A DNA stretch of 47,599 nucleotides from Candidatus Iainarchaeum sp. (GCA_028713495.1 JAQTOF010000001.1:1-47599), one strand, 5' to 3'; shown: positions 34,133 to 43,054, numbered from the stretch's first letter. Numbers and translations are program-made. The notes: generated by a model from the letters alone, not told the origin.

Positions 34133-34705
34133 TCCCTGGACCGGAGCTTCGACTGGCGGTTTTTCGCGTCGTTCTCTCCGATGGCCTGCCTCGGCCTTCG
34201 CCTCTTCCTTCGGGCAGTCAGCCTCGCAGTAGTTCGTGTCTGCCTTGTCGCATGATTCGGTTATCGTGACCAGACCCCAGACATAGACGCCTGACTGGTC
34301 TGTGACTTTGACCATCGCAGGATAGGTTTTGCCTTGATCCACCTCGCCGTTGCCGCAGTGGAAGTCCACAGGGCAGTTCAAAGCGGTCTCATGAGCCTGC
34401 TGCTTGCCGTCGCCGCATGTGCCGCAGTCTTCAGGAGCGAACCGTGAGATCGTGTCGTGCTCTCCCTTATTTATCTCGCACTTGCCGTCGCCATGGTAGG
34501 GCGCAGGACAAACTTCCACGGTCGTTTGTTTCTCCTTGACGATCGGCTCGACCTCGGGTCCGCTGCACTTCTGGAACATCAATAGCGCTCCTACAGCCAG
34601 TGCGCTCACACCGATCGCACCCGCAGCGAATTTGCTGGAGCTCGTTGGCTTCCTGCCACCATTCCCTGCACTAGCATTTTCATGTCTCAATCCTTGCATA
34701 TCCAC
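33815..34705 (-). CDS. N-terminally anchored extracytoplasmic Cys-rich protein, paralogue 2
   Basis: TM segment FAAGAIGVSALAVGALLMF and a Cys-rich middle. The C-terminal module is shared with 30938..32257. It starts 1 nt after the upstream gene. Confidence 0.8.
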   Translation of the reverse strand: MDMQGLRHENASAGNGGRKPTSSSKFAAGAIGVSALAVGALLMFQKCSGPEVEPIVKEKQTTVEVCPAPYHGDGKCEINKGEHDTISRFAPEDCGTCGDGKQQAHETALNCPVDFHCGNGEVDQGKTYPAMVKVTDQSGVYVWGLVTITESCDKADTNYCEADCPKEEAKAEAGHRRERREKPPVEAPVQGCTPAQCDTSRVKPGPLIGRLLRSVDASQLRKDLGCSDDIGLSAKFSVSPEGVPSQQGAISATCGGKTTALDSKANLSNVKVGAPGGECRCILPTSAEIPKEGSSG

Positions 34706-34706
34706 A

Positions 34707-35957
34707 TCACCTTGTTAGTATTTTTTCCTCTTTCAATTCTTTTGCTCTTTGGCGAACAGAAACCAAAACCAACGCAGCCGACACAGTGTACACAACCGCG
34801 ACGGCCGGTACGAGCGCAGCGCCAAGGAACTCTCCCACACCAGGAGCGATCAGCGCGGCCCCAGCCACTGCAGTAACGCAGGCGCCAGCTATGATTTGGC
34901 GCGCATATTGCTTCAACTTGGAAGGTGTTTCGGCTTTATTTTCCTCGGGCGCCTTGGCTTTCTTTGCCTTGGCCTTTTTGACCTTCTCAGGCACTTCCAC
35001 AATGACCTCAACCTCTTTCTGGGGACCAGTCACTTTCGTGCTTGTGATGGTGATTGTAGCCTCGCCTGCCTTGAACGTTCGGGTATCTCCAACCCTGAGC
35101 GCGAACTTTTCATCGATGTTCTTGCCAGTCAGCCTGAATTCCTGGCCATAGACGCCGCTCGGGCGGATATATGTCAGCTTGTATCCACTGAAGAGGCCGT
35201 TATCGCCTGGGTTCATGAACGCTATTATCTTTGTGGTCTTCTTGGAAGCTGCGTCTGCGACAGGTTCTGTCACGGCTTCTGCCGGGGCTTCTGCCACGGC
35301 TTCTGCCGGGGCAGCAGGGCCTAAATCGAAGAATGGATGGCCAAGCGATGCAGCCGCTATAGCTGGTGTGGCAAGATCGAACGGTACTGAAGCAGGCGCA
35401 GCGGCTTGCTGAGCTGCAGGCGCAGAAGCCTCAGGTTCTCTAGGTATACCAGCAAAAATACTGCCTGGACCTTCAAGCTCGAAAGTCCCTACGGGTTCAC
35501 CTTCCAGAAGATGATCATCTGGGTAATCCGGACCTTTCACGATGGTTCCTTCTGGTGCCGCTACGAGTGTGGATAGGTCGTCATCACCATCTTCTTCTGG
35601 TGCCCTTGTGAGTGTGGATAGTTCATCTTCTTCCGGCCTTGGCGCAGCTGGAATCACAGGTGGAGTGCCAGGACCTCTAGAGGCAGGCTCAGCCGCGCGC
35701 ACTGGCGCTGCCGCGCTAGCTACTTGAGGAACGGCCGGCGTTCCTTCATCTGCCGGGGCTACTGCTGGTAGCGCTGGCGGAACTGGCGGCTTGGCTGCAG
35801 CAGGCGCTGTGTCTACGAGAGGATTTGGAAGATCAAGGCGCATAGCTGCAGGCGCTGCTGAAGTTGCCACAGCTGGCTTAGCAGCCTCTGAAGGCTTACC
35901 CTCTCCTTTCTCTTTCGCAGCTTTCCTTCGCATTGCGTCTTCAACATATCCCATCAA
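34707..35957 (-). CDS. Pro/Ala-rich protein with small beta domain, Lys-rich linker and C-terminal TM hairpin (tail-anchored)
   Basis: 416-aa ORF with C-terminus IIAGACVTAVAGAALIAPGVGEFLGAALVPAVAVVYTVSAALVLV. It has a 4-nt overlap with the upstream gene. Confidence 0.7.
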   Translation of the reverse strand: MMGYVEDAMRRKAAKEKGEGKPSEAAKPAVATSAAPAAMRLDLPNPLVDTAPAAAKPPVPPALPAVAPADEGTPAVPQVASAAAPVRAAEPASRGPGTPPVIPAAPRPEEDELSTLTRAPEEDGDDDLSTLVAAPEGTIVKGPDYPDDHLLEGEPVGTFELEGPGSIFAGIPREPEASAPAAQQAAAPASVPFDLATPAIAAASLGHPFFDLGPAAPAEAVAEAPAEAVTEPVADAASKKTTKIIAFMNPGDNGLFSGYKLTYIRPSGVYGQEFRLTGKNIDEKFALRVGDTRTFKAGEATITITSTKVTGPQKEVEVIVEVPEKVKKAKAKKAKAPEENKAETPSKLKQYARQIIAGACVTAVAGAALIAPGVGEFLGAALVPAVAVVYTVSAALVLVSVRQRAKELKEEKILTR

Positions 35958-37153
35958 GCATCCCCTCCGACTTCATTCCAGTTAATGATATTTTCGTTGA
36001 CGAGCTTATTTGCCCTTGCAACGGCCAGCTCTACTCTCTGTTCAAACTCTCCTTTCTCTGGCTCGGTGAGTGGTTCTTCGGAGATGCCATAGAATTCTAT
36101 CAGTGAGGCAACGACCACTTCGCGGCTCTTGGAGAACGTCTCCAATATTTCCCGAGTCTCCTGCACGCCGCATTCTTTGGCTGCAATCTTCACGTCTTCT
36201 TTTGTAAGTTTAGGCTTTACGAGAAGACCGGCTAATGCCCTGCGTTTTGTATCTGCATGAAGGGGATTCGCCTCAGGGCGTTTCGACTCGAGGGCTTCTT
36301 TCACACCGGCAGTCAGCTGCGGAATGACCGGCGCATCCCCGAATGGCTCCAAGGTGGCTTTCTCATCCTTTCCGAACAGCTGGACACGGAGACCTGAGAC
36401 CTCTCCTTCAGCGACCGTTACTTTGTCTAGGAGGCCAGGCTGGGCAGGCGTTTCGCCTTCTGCTTCTGTGCCGAAGACGACTGCTACCAAGCCAGGCTGG
36501 GCAGGCGTTTCGCCTTCTGCTTTTTTACCTATAAGCACATCTGCTATTCCATTTACACTCTCTTCAAGCCAGTTAGCACGATCCAGGAGACCTTTCTTAG
36601 CCTCTTTGCCTTCTTCTGCTTCTCTGCCAACGAGTTCCGCTGTGAACTCTTGGGCGGTGTCATCCAGATATTTAACAGTTCCTTTGAGCGCCTCGAGCTC
36701 CGCCATTATAGGTGCAATGGCAGCATTGACCTGCGCCTTGACTATCTTTTTCACGTCCTCAGGCGTAACGCCGCGGGCCCTTGGGGCCGGTAGTGGCACA
36801 CTCGCCCGTGGGGTAGCTGAAGGTGCATGTCCTGCTTGAGCACCTGCTGCGGACGCTCCAGCGCTTTGTTCATCATGAACATCTTCCATTTCATCAAGAT
36901 CGAGCTCTCCGAAATCGCTTTCATCTGGTGCACCTTCGCCTCTTGCATCCAGCTCGAGAGTAGACTTTCCCATGCTAGCGGCGACCGCTTTCTGTACGGC
37001 CGGCCTGGCGATTGTCGCTGCTGTGTCGGGCGGATCAACTCCTTGTCGACCTTCTGCAAGCGGACCAGCGCGAGGCTTCGCACCTTGGCCTTCCGATGCC
37101 CTTCTCCTTTGTTCAATAAGTTCCTTGATAGTTGGACCTGCCATCATAATCAC
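35954..37153 (-). CDS. Orphan acidic/disordered protein with 19-aa tandem duplication and UBA-like C-terminal helices
   Basis: 399-aa ORF with AEGETPAQPGL repeated, and a C-terminus (EDVKIAAKECGVQETREILETF..VVVASLIEF) of UBA/NAC-like pattern. It has 4-nt overlaps on both sides. Confidence 0.7.
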   Translation of the reverse strand: MIMMAGPTIKELIEQRRRASEGQGAKPRAGPLAEGRQGVDPPDTAATIARPAVQKAVAASMGKSTLELDARGEGAPDESDFGELDLDEMEDVHDEQSAGASAAGAQAGHAPSATPRASVPLPAPRARGVTPEDVKKIVKAQVNAAIAPIMAELEALKGTVKYLDDTAQEFTAELVGREAEEGKEAKKGLLDRANWLEESVNGIADVLIGKKAEGETPAQPGLVAVVFGTEAEGETPAQPGLLDKVTVAEGEVSGLRVQLFGKDEKATLEPFGDAPVIPQLTAGVKEALESKRPEANPLHADTKRRALAGLLVKPKLTKEDVKIAAKECGVQETREILETFSKSREVVVASLIEFYGISEEPLTEPEKGEFEQRVELAVARANKLVNENIINWNEVGGDA

Positions 37154-38265
37154 CCTTTCTTTCCGAGTTTGAAGCTCGGGTCTTCTATGGCCTTTGCCTC
37201 CTCTTCGTTTAGTCCTGCGGCCAGCGCAACCAACTGAATTTTCTGGTCAATAGCAGCAAAAGCTTCAGTCACGGCCGTGACAAGATCAGTATATTTTAAT
37301 TCCAGCCCTTTGGCCAGTGCAAGAGCTTGCTTTGCGATGGGTCCCTTGCCCAGGGCTTCGTCAAATTCCGCAAGTACTCCTTCCTCTTCGTCCAGATCAT
37401 CAGTGCCTGGCCTCGGTGTGGGTTTGTCCCCTTCCCTTGCCCTGCGCACGACTTCGTCGAGGCCAAGCGGAGCCGCTGTCCGTGGAGGCGGAGGGGGGCT
37501 TATTGAGGTCCTGACTTCCGCAATCTCGCGGTTAGCAGTATCTATCCTTGCATTCGCGCCTTCCACCGCTTCTCTAGTGTATGTGTGCACTTCCTCTACC
37601 AGTTTCCCTGCAGTAGCGATAAGGTCTGTAGCATGCTCTGCGTCTGCTGAAGCTTTTTCAGCCAATCCCAACGCCTTTTCGACTTCTTTGCCGAAAGCAT
37701 CAACTGCATGGCCAAGCTCTCTCAGTTTGCCAGCGAGTTCATCCACGCGCCCATCAGTCTCTTTCAGGCCATCCGCAACCTTGCGGTCAGTCTTATCCAA
37801 TGCCGTCTGTGTGCTGGATGCGACTTCCTCGACTTTTTCAGCTGCGGTATTGGCAGTATCTACAGCACCCTGCGCGGTCTGACATGCTTCAGATGCCGCG
37901 CCAAGCGCTTGCTCGGCTTTGCTGTTTGAATGAGCAGCGGTCTCTCTTGCGTCCTGGGCATCCCTTTTCACGCCTTCAACTTCCTCCACTGCTTTGGCGG
38001 CCGTTGACTTGGCGCCCTCGGCCAGTTGCACTGCAGCAGCCGCCCTTGTCCTTATGGGATCTATTGAACCGCCCAGAGCTTCCGCGGACTTCTCAGCGGC
38101 TATGCCTCTCTCTTCGAGAATAACCAATCCTTCGGCCAGAGCTTCTCCAAGCTCTCCGCCGACAACCTTCTGAAGACGAGGAACGACTGTGTCCTTCACT
38201 GATTTGCGTGCGCCTGCAGCGCCGTTAGCCTTGCCATCCTTCTGAACTTCTACCACCCATATCAC
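37150..38265 (-). CDS. Ala/Glu-rich long helical (coiled-coil/apolipoprotein-like) protein
   Basis: 371-aa ORF with GAGGTGA Shine-Dalgarno and TATA-like TTTAAATATATATA about 55-70 nt upstream. Confidence 0.7.
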   Translation of the reverse strand: MIWVVEVQKDGKANGAAGARKSVKDTVVPRLQKVVGGELGEALAEGLVILEERGIAAEKSAEALGGSIDPIRTRAAAAVQLAEGAKSTAAKAVEEVEGVKRDAQDARETAAHSNSKAEQALGAASEACQTAQGAVDTANTAAEKVEEVASSTQTALDKTDRKVADGLKETDGRVDELAGKLRELGHAVDAFGKEVEKALGLAEKASADAEHATDLIATAGKLVEEVHTYTREAVEGANARIDTANREIAEVRTSISPPPPPRTAAPLGLDEVVRRAREGDKPTPRPGTDDLDEEEGVLAEFDEALGKGPIAKQALALAKGLELKYTDLVTAVTEAFAAIDQKIQLVALAAGLNEEEAKAIEDPSFKLGKKG

Positions 38266-38362
38266 CTCATATGAATATGTCTATTGTGTTGTAATCTATA
38301 CTTTAGTGGGTATATATATTTAAATGTTTGCATTGGTAAATAAACGTGGTTTTTCATAGCTT

Positions 38363-40663
38363 TCACCGGCTCATGGCCCCTGATGCATAGCGAAGGATGA
38401 ACGACTTGTCATCATTCTTGCCTTCCCTGGGTTCGCACGCATATCCGAACTCAGCGCATCTGACCGGATACGATGCATCTGGATCCGGCCTGGACTCTGC
38501 GAGCGTAATAGCATTGTCCCTAGCCACATTCAGGTTGCCATCCGTCTCGTGTATGAGCAATGGACATTCATGATCAACGCAGACCGGCTCCAGGCCGTCT
38601 GAATTAACGCTTATCACATCATCAGACATGAGCTCGAATGGGATGAAACCGAGATCATCCATACCGTTTATCTGCAGATATTCGATAGAACTGCCCAGGA
38701 CTGAAGTGACGATGTTCCCCTGGGTCCTTAGAAATTCCCGCATGTCCGGGTGATTTACCGGAGATCCACGCCTCCTGAAGTCGTATTCCAGCGTATGGCT
38801 CACAGTCTTGAAGACGACTGCGTCTCCGCGTATCACGCGGCATTCGCTGTCGCCGCAGTGCACGGCATAGAATTTGTTGCCCTGCTGGAATGCTACCACC
38901 GCGGTGGTGCCCATGTCATTTCTCCTGCGGTTGTTGCCCATATCCTTCAGATCATCCTTTTCCGCTATCTGCTCCATTGTTATGGCCATATCCGCGATAA
39001 TGAGGACGCGCCTAACGTCTTCCACGGTTTTTATCCATCCGGCCAAAGCCGATATGGCGATTACCTGCTTGGCCATCGCGCTGGCCCTGGCCCCGCCTGC
39101 ATGGCCGCCCATCCCGTCAAAGACAGCGTCCAGCATTATCGGCCCTTCAGGAGAGTCGATCATCACGGAAATGATAGTATCCTGATTGACTTTGGCATGG
39201 TTTCCATCCTTGCCCTTCTTGGCGACTGTGACTCCGTAGCCTTCGAGGCATCTTGCAGTTATCCTCTCTGCAGGCAGGCCGATGAATTCCATGACCGTGT
39301 CCCATTCGCTCTGCATCTGGACCGACTCGCGGAGGTTATCGAAACACGTGAGAGGTCCGTATAGCCGCATGATTTCTGGATAGTACTTTTTGGCGCCGCT
39401 GGCCGTGTCGGTCTTTTTCATCAGGATGTCGGACAACGGACGCGGATCAAAGCCCGGGATGCATCCTTGCCTAAGCACTCCTGGGAAAAAGGCCGCTTCC
39501 TCTTTGCTGTAACCCTCGGTAGGGCGATACCTCAGCTTGTGCACCAGGTCGCCCAATGTGAGCAGGTCTGATCTGCCTTTCCTCCAAAGGTTCCTTATGT
39601 CATGAAGAGTAATATTTTCCCGCTCCAGCGCCCATTTTGTGAAATCCTCGATGTGCTGGGGTCTGAGAGCTGCTGCATCCGCCATCCGCAGCTGCGATGC
39701 GATTACTTTCCTCTGGGATTTGGTCAGATTATTCGGGTTCAACAGCGCCTGATACATCTGCCCTGGCGTCGGCACAGCCAGACCCAGTTTAGTGTAGAGG
39801 ATCCTCTTGGCGATTGAGAACTGCTCCAGGGAATCTGACAGGAGCTTCGGGTCAGCAGCCAGCGCCTCATCGCTCCATAAGGAAGATACGTGATTCCTCA
39901 TCCTCAGTTCGCGGACACCCGGATGCATTTTTATGAACTTGGATAATGCGGCTGAATCCAAGGAACCTCCGGCAACAGCGGATACGAGGTCGTGTTCATG
40001 GTCGCTGAGTGATTCCATGATTGCCTCTGGCCTGTGGTCTGCCACGATTTTGACCGCAAGCTCGACTGCCTTCTTATGTGAATAGCCTTTGAGCAGTTCA
40101 TTCACTGCTTCGCGATAGAAAGGGTGGAGTTCCCCTATTTCAGTCCCCTTATGCCTCGTGAATTTCGTTCCTATGAACTCGCCGAGCTGGCTCTTCACCC
40201 TCTCGTCGCACGCCATCCAGTAGTAATTGACTAACGTCCTGGCGACCCGCCTTACGAGCATGTTACCTGCTGATTCGTAGGTCTGGCATTGCTGCCTACC
40301 ATCTACGACGCCGCAGGGTTGTTCGATATGGCGCGGATAATGCCAATCCAACAGTTTCTCAAGCTCAGGCTGCATAGCCACGTTCGGCAGCGGGAACGGT
40401 ATGCCTGCTATTACCTCTGGCTCGGGTGCTTCGGCTTGCGCGGGTTCATGTGCCTCTTCTTTAGGTTCCCCGGCATGCACTTCTTCACGCATCGGGGCCG
40501 CATGAACGCCCCATCGTGCAGCGACAGAACGTGCGAGCTCCGAGGGATCCTTGTTTTTGCCAAATTTTGACATAAGAGACTGCGCTGACACTGATGCGAT
40601 ATGTTTCCTGCATTCCAGGACGCATTTCATGAATGGTGAGTTAACCTGAGCCAAAAAGGACAC
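38363..40663 (-). CDS. Fusion protein: ~470-aa unknown N-terminal region plus C-terminal PP2C-type Ser/Thr phosphatase domain
   Basis: PP2C motifs DAVFDGMGGHAGGARAS, MGTTAVVA, HCGDSE, NSDGL and RDNAIT. The start is uncertain: GTG at 40663 or ATG at 40630. Confidence 0.8.
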   Translation of the reverse strand: MSFLAQVNSPFMKCVLECRKHIASVSAQSLMSKFGKNKDPSELARSVAARWGVHAAPMREEVHAGEPKEEAHEPAQAEAPEPEVIAGIPFPLPNVAMQPELEKLLDWHYPRHIEQPCGVVDGRQQCQTYESAGNMLVRRVARTLVNYYWMACDERVKSQLGEFIGTKFTRHKGTEIGELHPFYREAVNELLKGYSHKKAVELAVKIVADHRPEAIMESLSDHEHDLVSAVAGGSLDSAALSKFIKMHPGVRELRMRNHVSSLWSDEALAADPKLLSDSLEQFSIAKRILYTKLGLAVPTPGQMYQALLNPNNLTKSQRKVIASQLRMADAAALRPQHIEDFTKWALERENITLHDIRNLWRKGRSDLLTLGDLVHKLRYRPTEGYSKEEAAFFPGVLRQGCIPGFDPRPLSDILMKKTDTASGAKKYYPEIMRLYGPLTCFDNLRESVQMQSEWDTVMEFIGLPAERITARCLEGYGVTVAKKGKDGNHAKVNQDTIISVMIDSPEGPIMLDAVFDGMGGHAGGARASAMAKQVIAISALAGWIKTVEDVRRVLIIADMAITMEQIAEKDDLKDMGNNRRRNDMGTTAVVAFQQGNKFYAVHCGDSECRVIRGDAVVFKTVSHTLEYDFRRRGSPVNHPDMREFLRTQGNIVTSVLGSSIEYLQINGMDDLGFIPFELMSDDVISVNSDGLEPVCVDHECPLLIHETDGNLNVARDNAITLAESRPDPDASYPVRCAEFGYACEPREGKNDDKSFILRYASGAMSR

Positions 40664-40742
40664 CTGTTTGAGTACATCTACTTTTGTGTAAAGCTATTTT
40701 AAAAGGTTCCGCTTGATTCCACTCTTTCGGACAATCAGCGGC

Positions 40743-41459
40743 TCATGCGACAGGTACCTGGAAAAGCGCGCCGACAGCGTAGCCAGCAAGGGCCGCCGCT
40801 CCGCCGATCAGCATCATCTCGAGGCCGCCCTGGAGCCATTTGCCGGAGGTGAGCTGGCTCTTATATGCACCAATCAGGAAAAGCAGGCTGGATGACACCA
40901 CAACCGCAGCGGCCATGGAAGCTGCGATTGGCAGGAAGAAGAACGGGGCAAGGGGGACAAAGGAGCCGATTATGGCGCTGCCACCCACAAGGACGCCCTG
41001 CCAGAAAGGGGACATGGATGCGATAGGATTCGCCAGGTGGAGCTCTTCGCGCATCATGGTGTCCAGCCACACCCTTTTATCTGAGCATATCTTGTCAACG
41101 ACATCCTTGAGGAGCTTGCCAGAGAATCCCTTGTTCTTGTATATGTCCTCTATCTCCTTGCGTTCGGCCTCCGCAAGATTGTCCATCTCGTATTTCTCCC
41201 GTTTCACCTCGGAATCGTAGTGCTCCTGTTCTGCGCGGGAGGATGTATATGCGACCGCGGCCATGCTTATGCTCTCTGCGAATGTCGCGGCAAGACCGGC
41301 GAGGAGGACTATGCTGGTGGAATGGGTAGATACCGCCACACCGAGGATTATTCCTAGCACATTGACTATGCCGTCCTGGCTGCCCAGGATGATATTGCGG
41401 AGTAGCTGGCCCCTCCCGCTGCGGTGCTTTTCGGCATGCACTATTGCTTTGTCCGCCAT
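40743..41459 (-). CDS. VIT1/CCC1-family iron/manganese transporter
   Basis: ILGSQDGIVNVLGIILGVA, a central cytoplasmic acidic helix region and C-terminal TM helices. Confidence 0.85.
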   Translation of the reverse strand: MADKAIVHAEKHRSGRGQLLRNIILGSQDGIVNVLGIILGVAVSTHSTSIVLLAGLAATFAESISMAAVAYTSSRAEQEHYDSEVKREKYEMDNLAEAERKEIEDIYKNKGFSGKLLKDVVDKICSDKRVWLDTMMREELHLANPIASMSPFWQGVLVGGSAIIGSFVPLAPFFFLPIAASMAAAVVVSSSLLFLIGAYKSQLTSGKWLQGGLEMMLIGGAAALAGYAVGALFQVPVA

Positions 41460-41477
41460 CCATTTTGACTAGGGTAC

Positions 41478-41489
41478 AAATTTAATAAG
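41478..41489 (+). promoter_or_regulatory. TATA-like box AAATTTAATAAG upstream of tRNA-Ala
   Basis: Centred about 31 nt upstream of tRNA position 1. Confidence 0.35.
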
Positions 41490-41514
41490 CGTTACGACCA
41501 TACCTCTAATCCTT

Positions 41515-41694
41515 GGGCTCGTAGCTCAGCAGCAGAGCGCTCCGTTCGCAGGAACTTTTTGGAAAGAAGTTTCACAAAAAACTTGCTGGAAAAGTTTCGA
41601 AAATCGGAGAGGCCGGGGGTGCGAGTTCCGCCTTTTAGTAAAAGACGGCCCAAAACGGGTCGTTAAACGGCGGACGTAATTCCCCCCGAGTCCA
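41515..41694 (+). tRNA. tRNA-Ala (anticodon CGC) interrupted by two BHB introns (41551-41603 at position 37/38; 41626-41680 at position 59/60)
   Basis: Acceptor GGGCTCG/CGAGTCC gives G3:U70, with discriminator A. Anticodon stem is CTCCG/CGGAG with loop TTCGCA|T, and T stem is GGGGG/CCCCC. Both insertions fold as strict helix-bulge(3)-helix(4)-bulge(3)-helix motifs. Removing them leaves a 72-nt cloverleaf. Confidence 0.8.
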
Positions 41695-41798
41695 TTTCTA
41701 ATTTTATTACCATCGCTTCCATGTCTTTATGCGGTTATGATGATAAGAGGTATTATTGATTGGTGATAGGAACGTCATTGCTGAACCGCACTGATGAT

Positions 41799-42326
41799 AT
41801 GGAAAAGAAGACCGTGGGCATCCTGCAGATCGCGTTCGCTGTCGCTATAGCTGCGGCAGTGCTCTATTTCTCTGCAGACATAGCGTCCCTCGGCACCTAT
41901 GGATACATCGGCGCTTTCCTGATAGCGCTCCTGAGCTCCGCCACCATATTCTTCCCTGCGCCCGGGTGGGCGGTGGTGGTGGCGATGAGCGCCACCCTCA
42001 ATCCGATAGCCCTTGGGGTTGTGGCTGGGATAGGATCTGCCATCGGGGAGCTCACAGGATACGTGGCTGGCGATGGCATACGTGGCATGATGAATGATCG
42101 GATAAAGGAGATGAAGAAGATAGAAGCGCTGGTGCAGAGATACGATGTGCTCGCCATATTCGTCCTTGCTTTCATCCCTAACCCGTTGTTCGATGTGGCT
42201 GGATTGGCGGCAGGCGGACTGAAGATCTCCTGGTGGCGCTTCGTCCTGGCCTGCGCAGCAGGAAGGGTACTGAGATATATCCTCCTCGCGATGATCGGCG
42301 CATTCGCGGTCAGTTTGCTGACTTGA
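41799..42326 (+). CDS. DedA/VTT-domain (SNARE-associated) membrane protein
   Basis: YIGAFLIALLSSATIFFPAPGWAVVVAM and GIGSAIGELTGYVAG motifs. I chose the ATG at 41799 over the TTG at 41760. Confidence 0.8.
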   Translation: MEKKTVGILQIAFAVAIAAAVLYFSADIASLGTYGYIGAFLIALLSSATIFFPAPGWAVVVAMSATLNPIALGVVAGIGSAIGELTGYVAGDGIRGMMNDRIKEMKKIEALVQRYDVLAIFVLAFIPNPLFDVAGLAAGGLKISWWRFVLACAAGRVLRYILLAMIGAFAVSLLT

Positions 42327-42351
42327 AAAAGAGCTAACGCTGAGAAAAAAA

Positions 42352-42426
42352 TAGCGGGGAGTGGATTTGAACCACCGATCTCTGGGTTATGAGCCCAGCG
42401 GGAACTCCAAGCTTCCCTACCCCGCT
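42352..42426 (-). tRNA. Initiator tRNA-Met (anticodon CAU)
   Basis: Reverse complement AGCGGGG...CCCCGCT-A gives A1:U72. Anticodon arm CTGGG-CTCATAA-CCCAG has three G:C pairs next to the loop. T loop is TTCAAAT, and an oligo-T tract follows. Confidence 0.9.
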
Positions 42427-42559
42427 TTGCTTGGAGATTTATCCAGAGATAAGATGTTCTGACCAGTTAGAAGCCAGAACGAATATACTATGAGGCGGCA
42501 CTGTTTTATAAATTAAGTTGCTGCCTCATGGCACGTTTTTGTTAAGAAACAAAAGAAAG

Positions 42560-43054
42560 CTATCTTTTCTTTGGAGCAGGCTTTTGAGGCGGCGGCTCTT
42601 CCTCTTGTTCTTCTTCGGCTTCCTCAGGTGCTGCTTTCCCCGTAGGAGCCTTTGGCTGCAGAGCCTCGGCCTTTTCGCCCTCCATCCTCCGCCTTATCTT
42701 GTGGACGAGCTCCTGCTTGAGTTCCTCATGCTTGCGGCTATCGTCCTGGAACTTGCCCCAGCGGTAGTGGAAACCGGCCATGAACATCAGTGCCGAGAGC
42801 ACTATGAGGAGCAGAGGGAGCCCTATGAAAAGCGCAGGAAGTATCATAGTAGCGAATTCCGCCTTGAGCTTGTCGAATTGGGGCGGATAGGAGACACCGC
42901 ATTGCTGAAGCTTGGAATAGTCGTTCGTGGTCACGAAGTTCACTATAGCGTTGATAAGGTCGCTTGCATAGGTGATTATGACGTATAATGATCCTACTAC
43001 TACGATCACACCTAGCAATATGAAGAAATAGCTCATGAGTTTGTACCTGTTCAT
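42560..43054 (-). CDS. Small two-TM protein with charged C-terminal tail (paralogue of 43138..43419)
   Basis: MNRYKLMSYFFILLGVIVVVGS with GGGGAGGTG Shine-Dalgarno. Its layout is shared with the upstream neighbour. Confidence 0.7.
   Translation of the reverse strand: MNRYKLMSYFFILLGVIVVVGSLYVIITYASDLINAIVNFVTTNDYSKLQQCGVSYPPQFDKLKAEFATMILPALFIGLPLLLIVLSALMFMAGFHYRWGKFQDDSRKHEELKQELVHKIRRRMEGEKAEALQPKAPTGKAAPEEAEEEQEEEPPPQKPAPKKR

Noticed and set aside
29358-41694. Possibility that the orphan block next to tRNA-Ala is an integrated virus or plasmid
   Set aside because: I recognised no integrase, replication or capsid-like gene. I found no direct repeat of the tRNA-Ala 3' end by eye, and housekeeping genes (HAD hydrolase, VIT1 transporter) are interspersed. 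A systematic att-repeat search and virus-protein profile search would still be needed to exclude it.
42427-42559. Possible small RNA (for example C/D-box) in the 133-nt spacer upstream of the initiator tRNA
   Set aside because: I saw only generic hairpins (42449-42473, 42491-42528, 42536-42553) and an A/T box. There are no clear C (RUGAUGA) and D (CUGA) box pairs, so these are more simply read as terminator and promoter elements.
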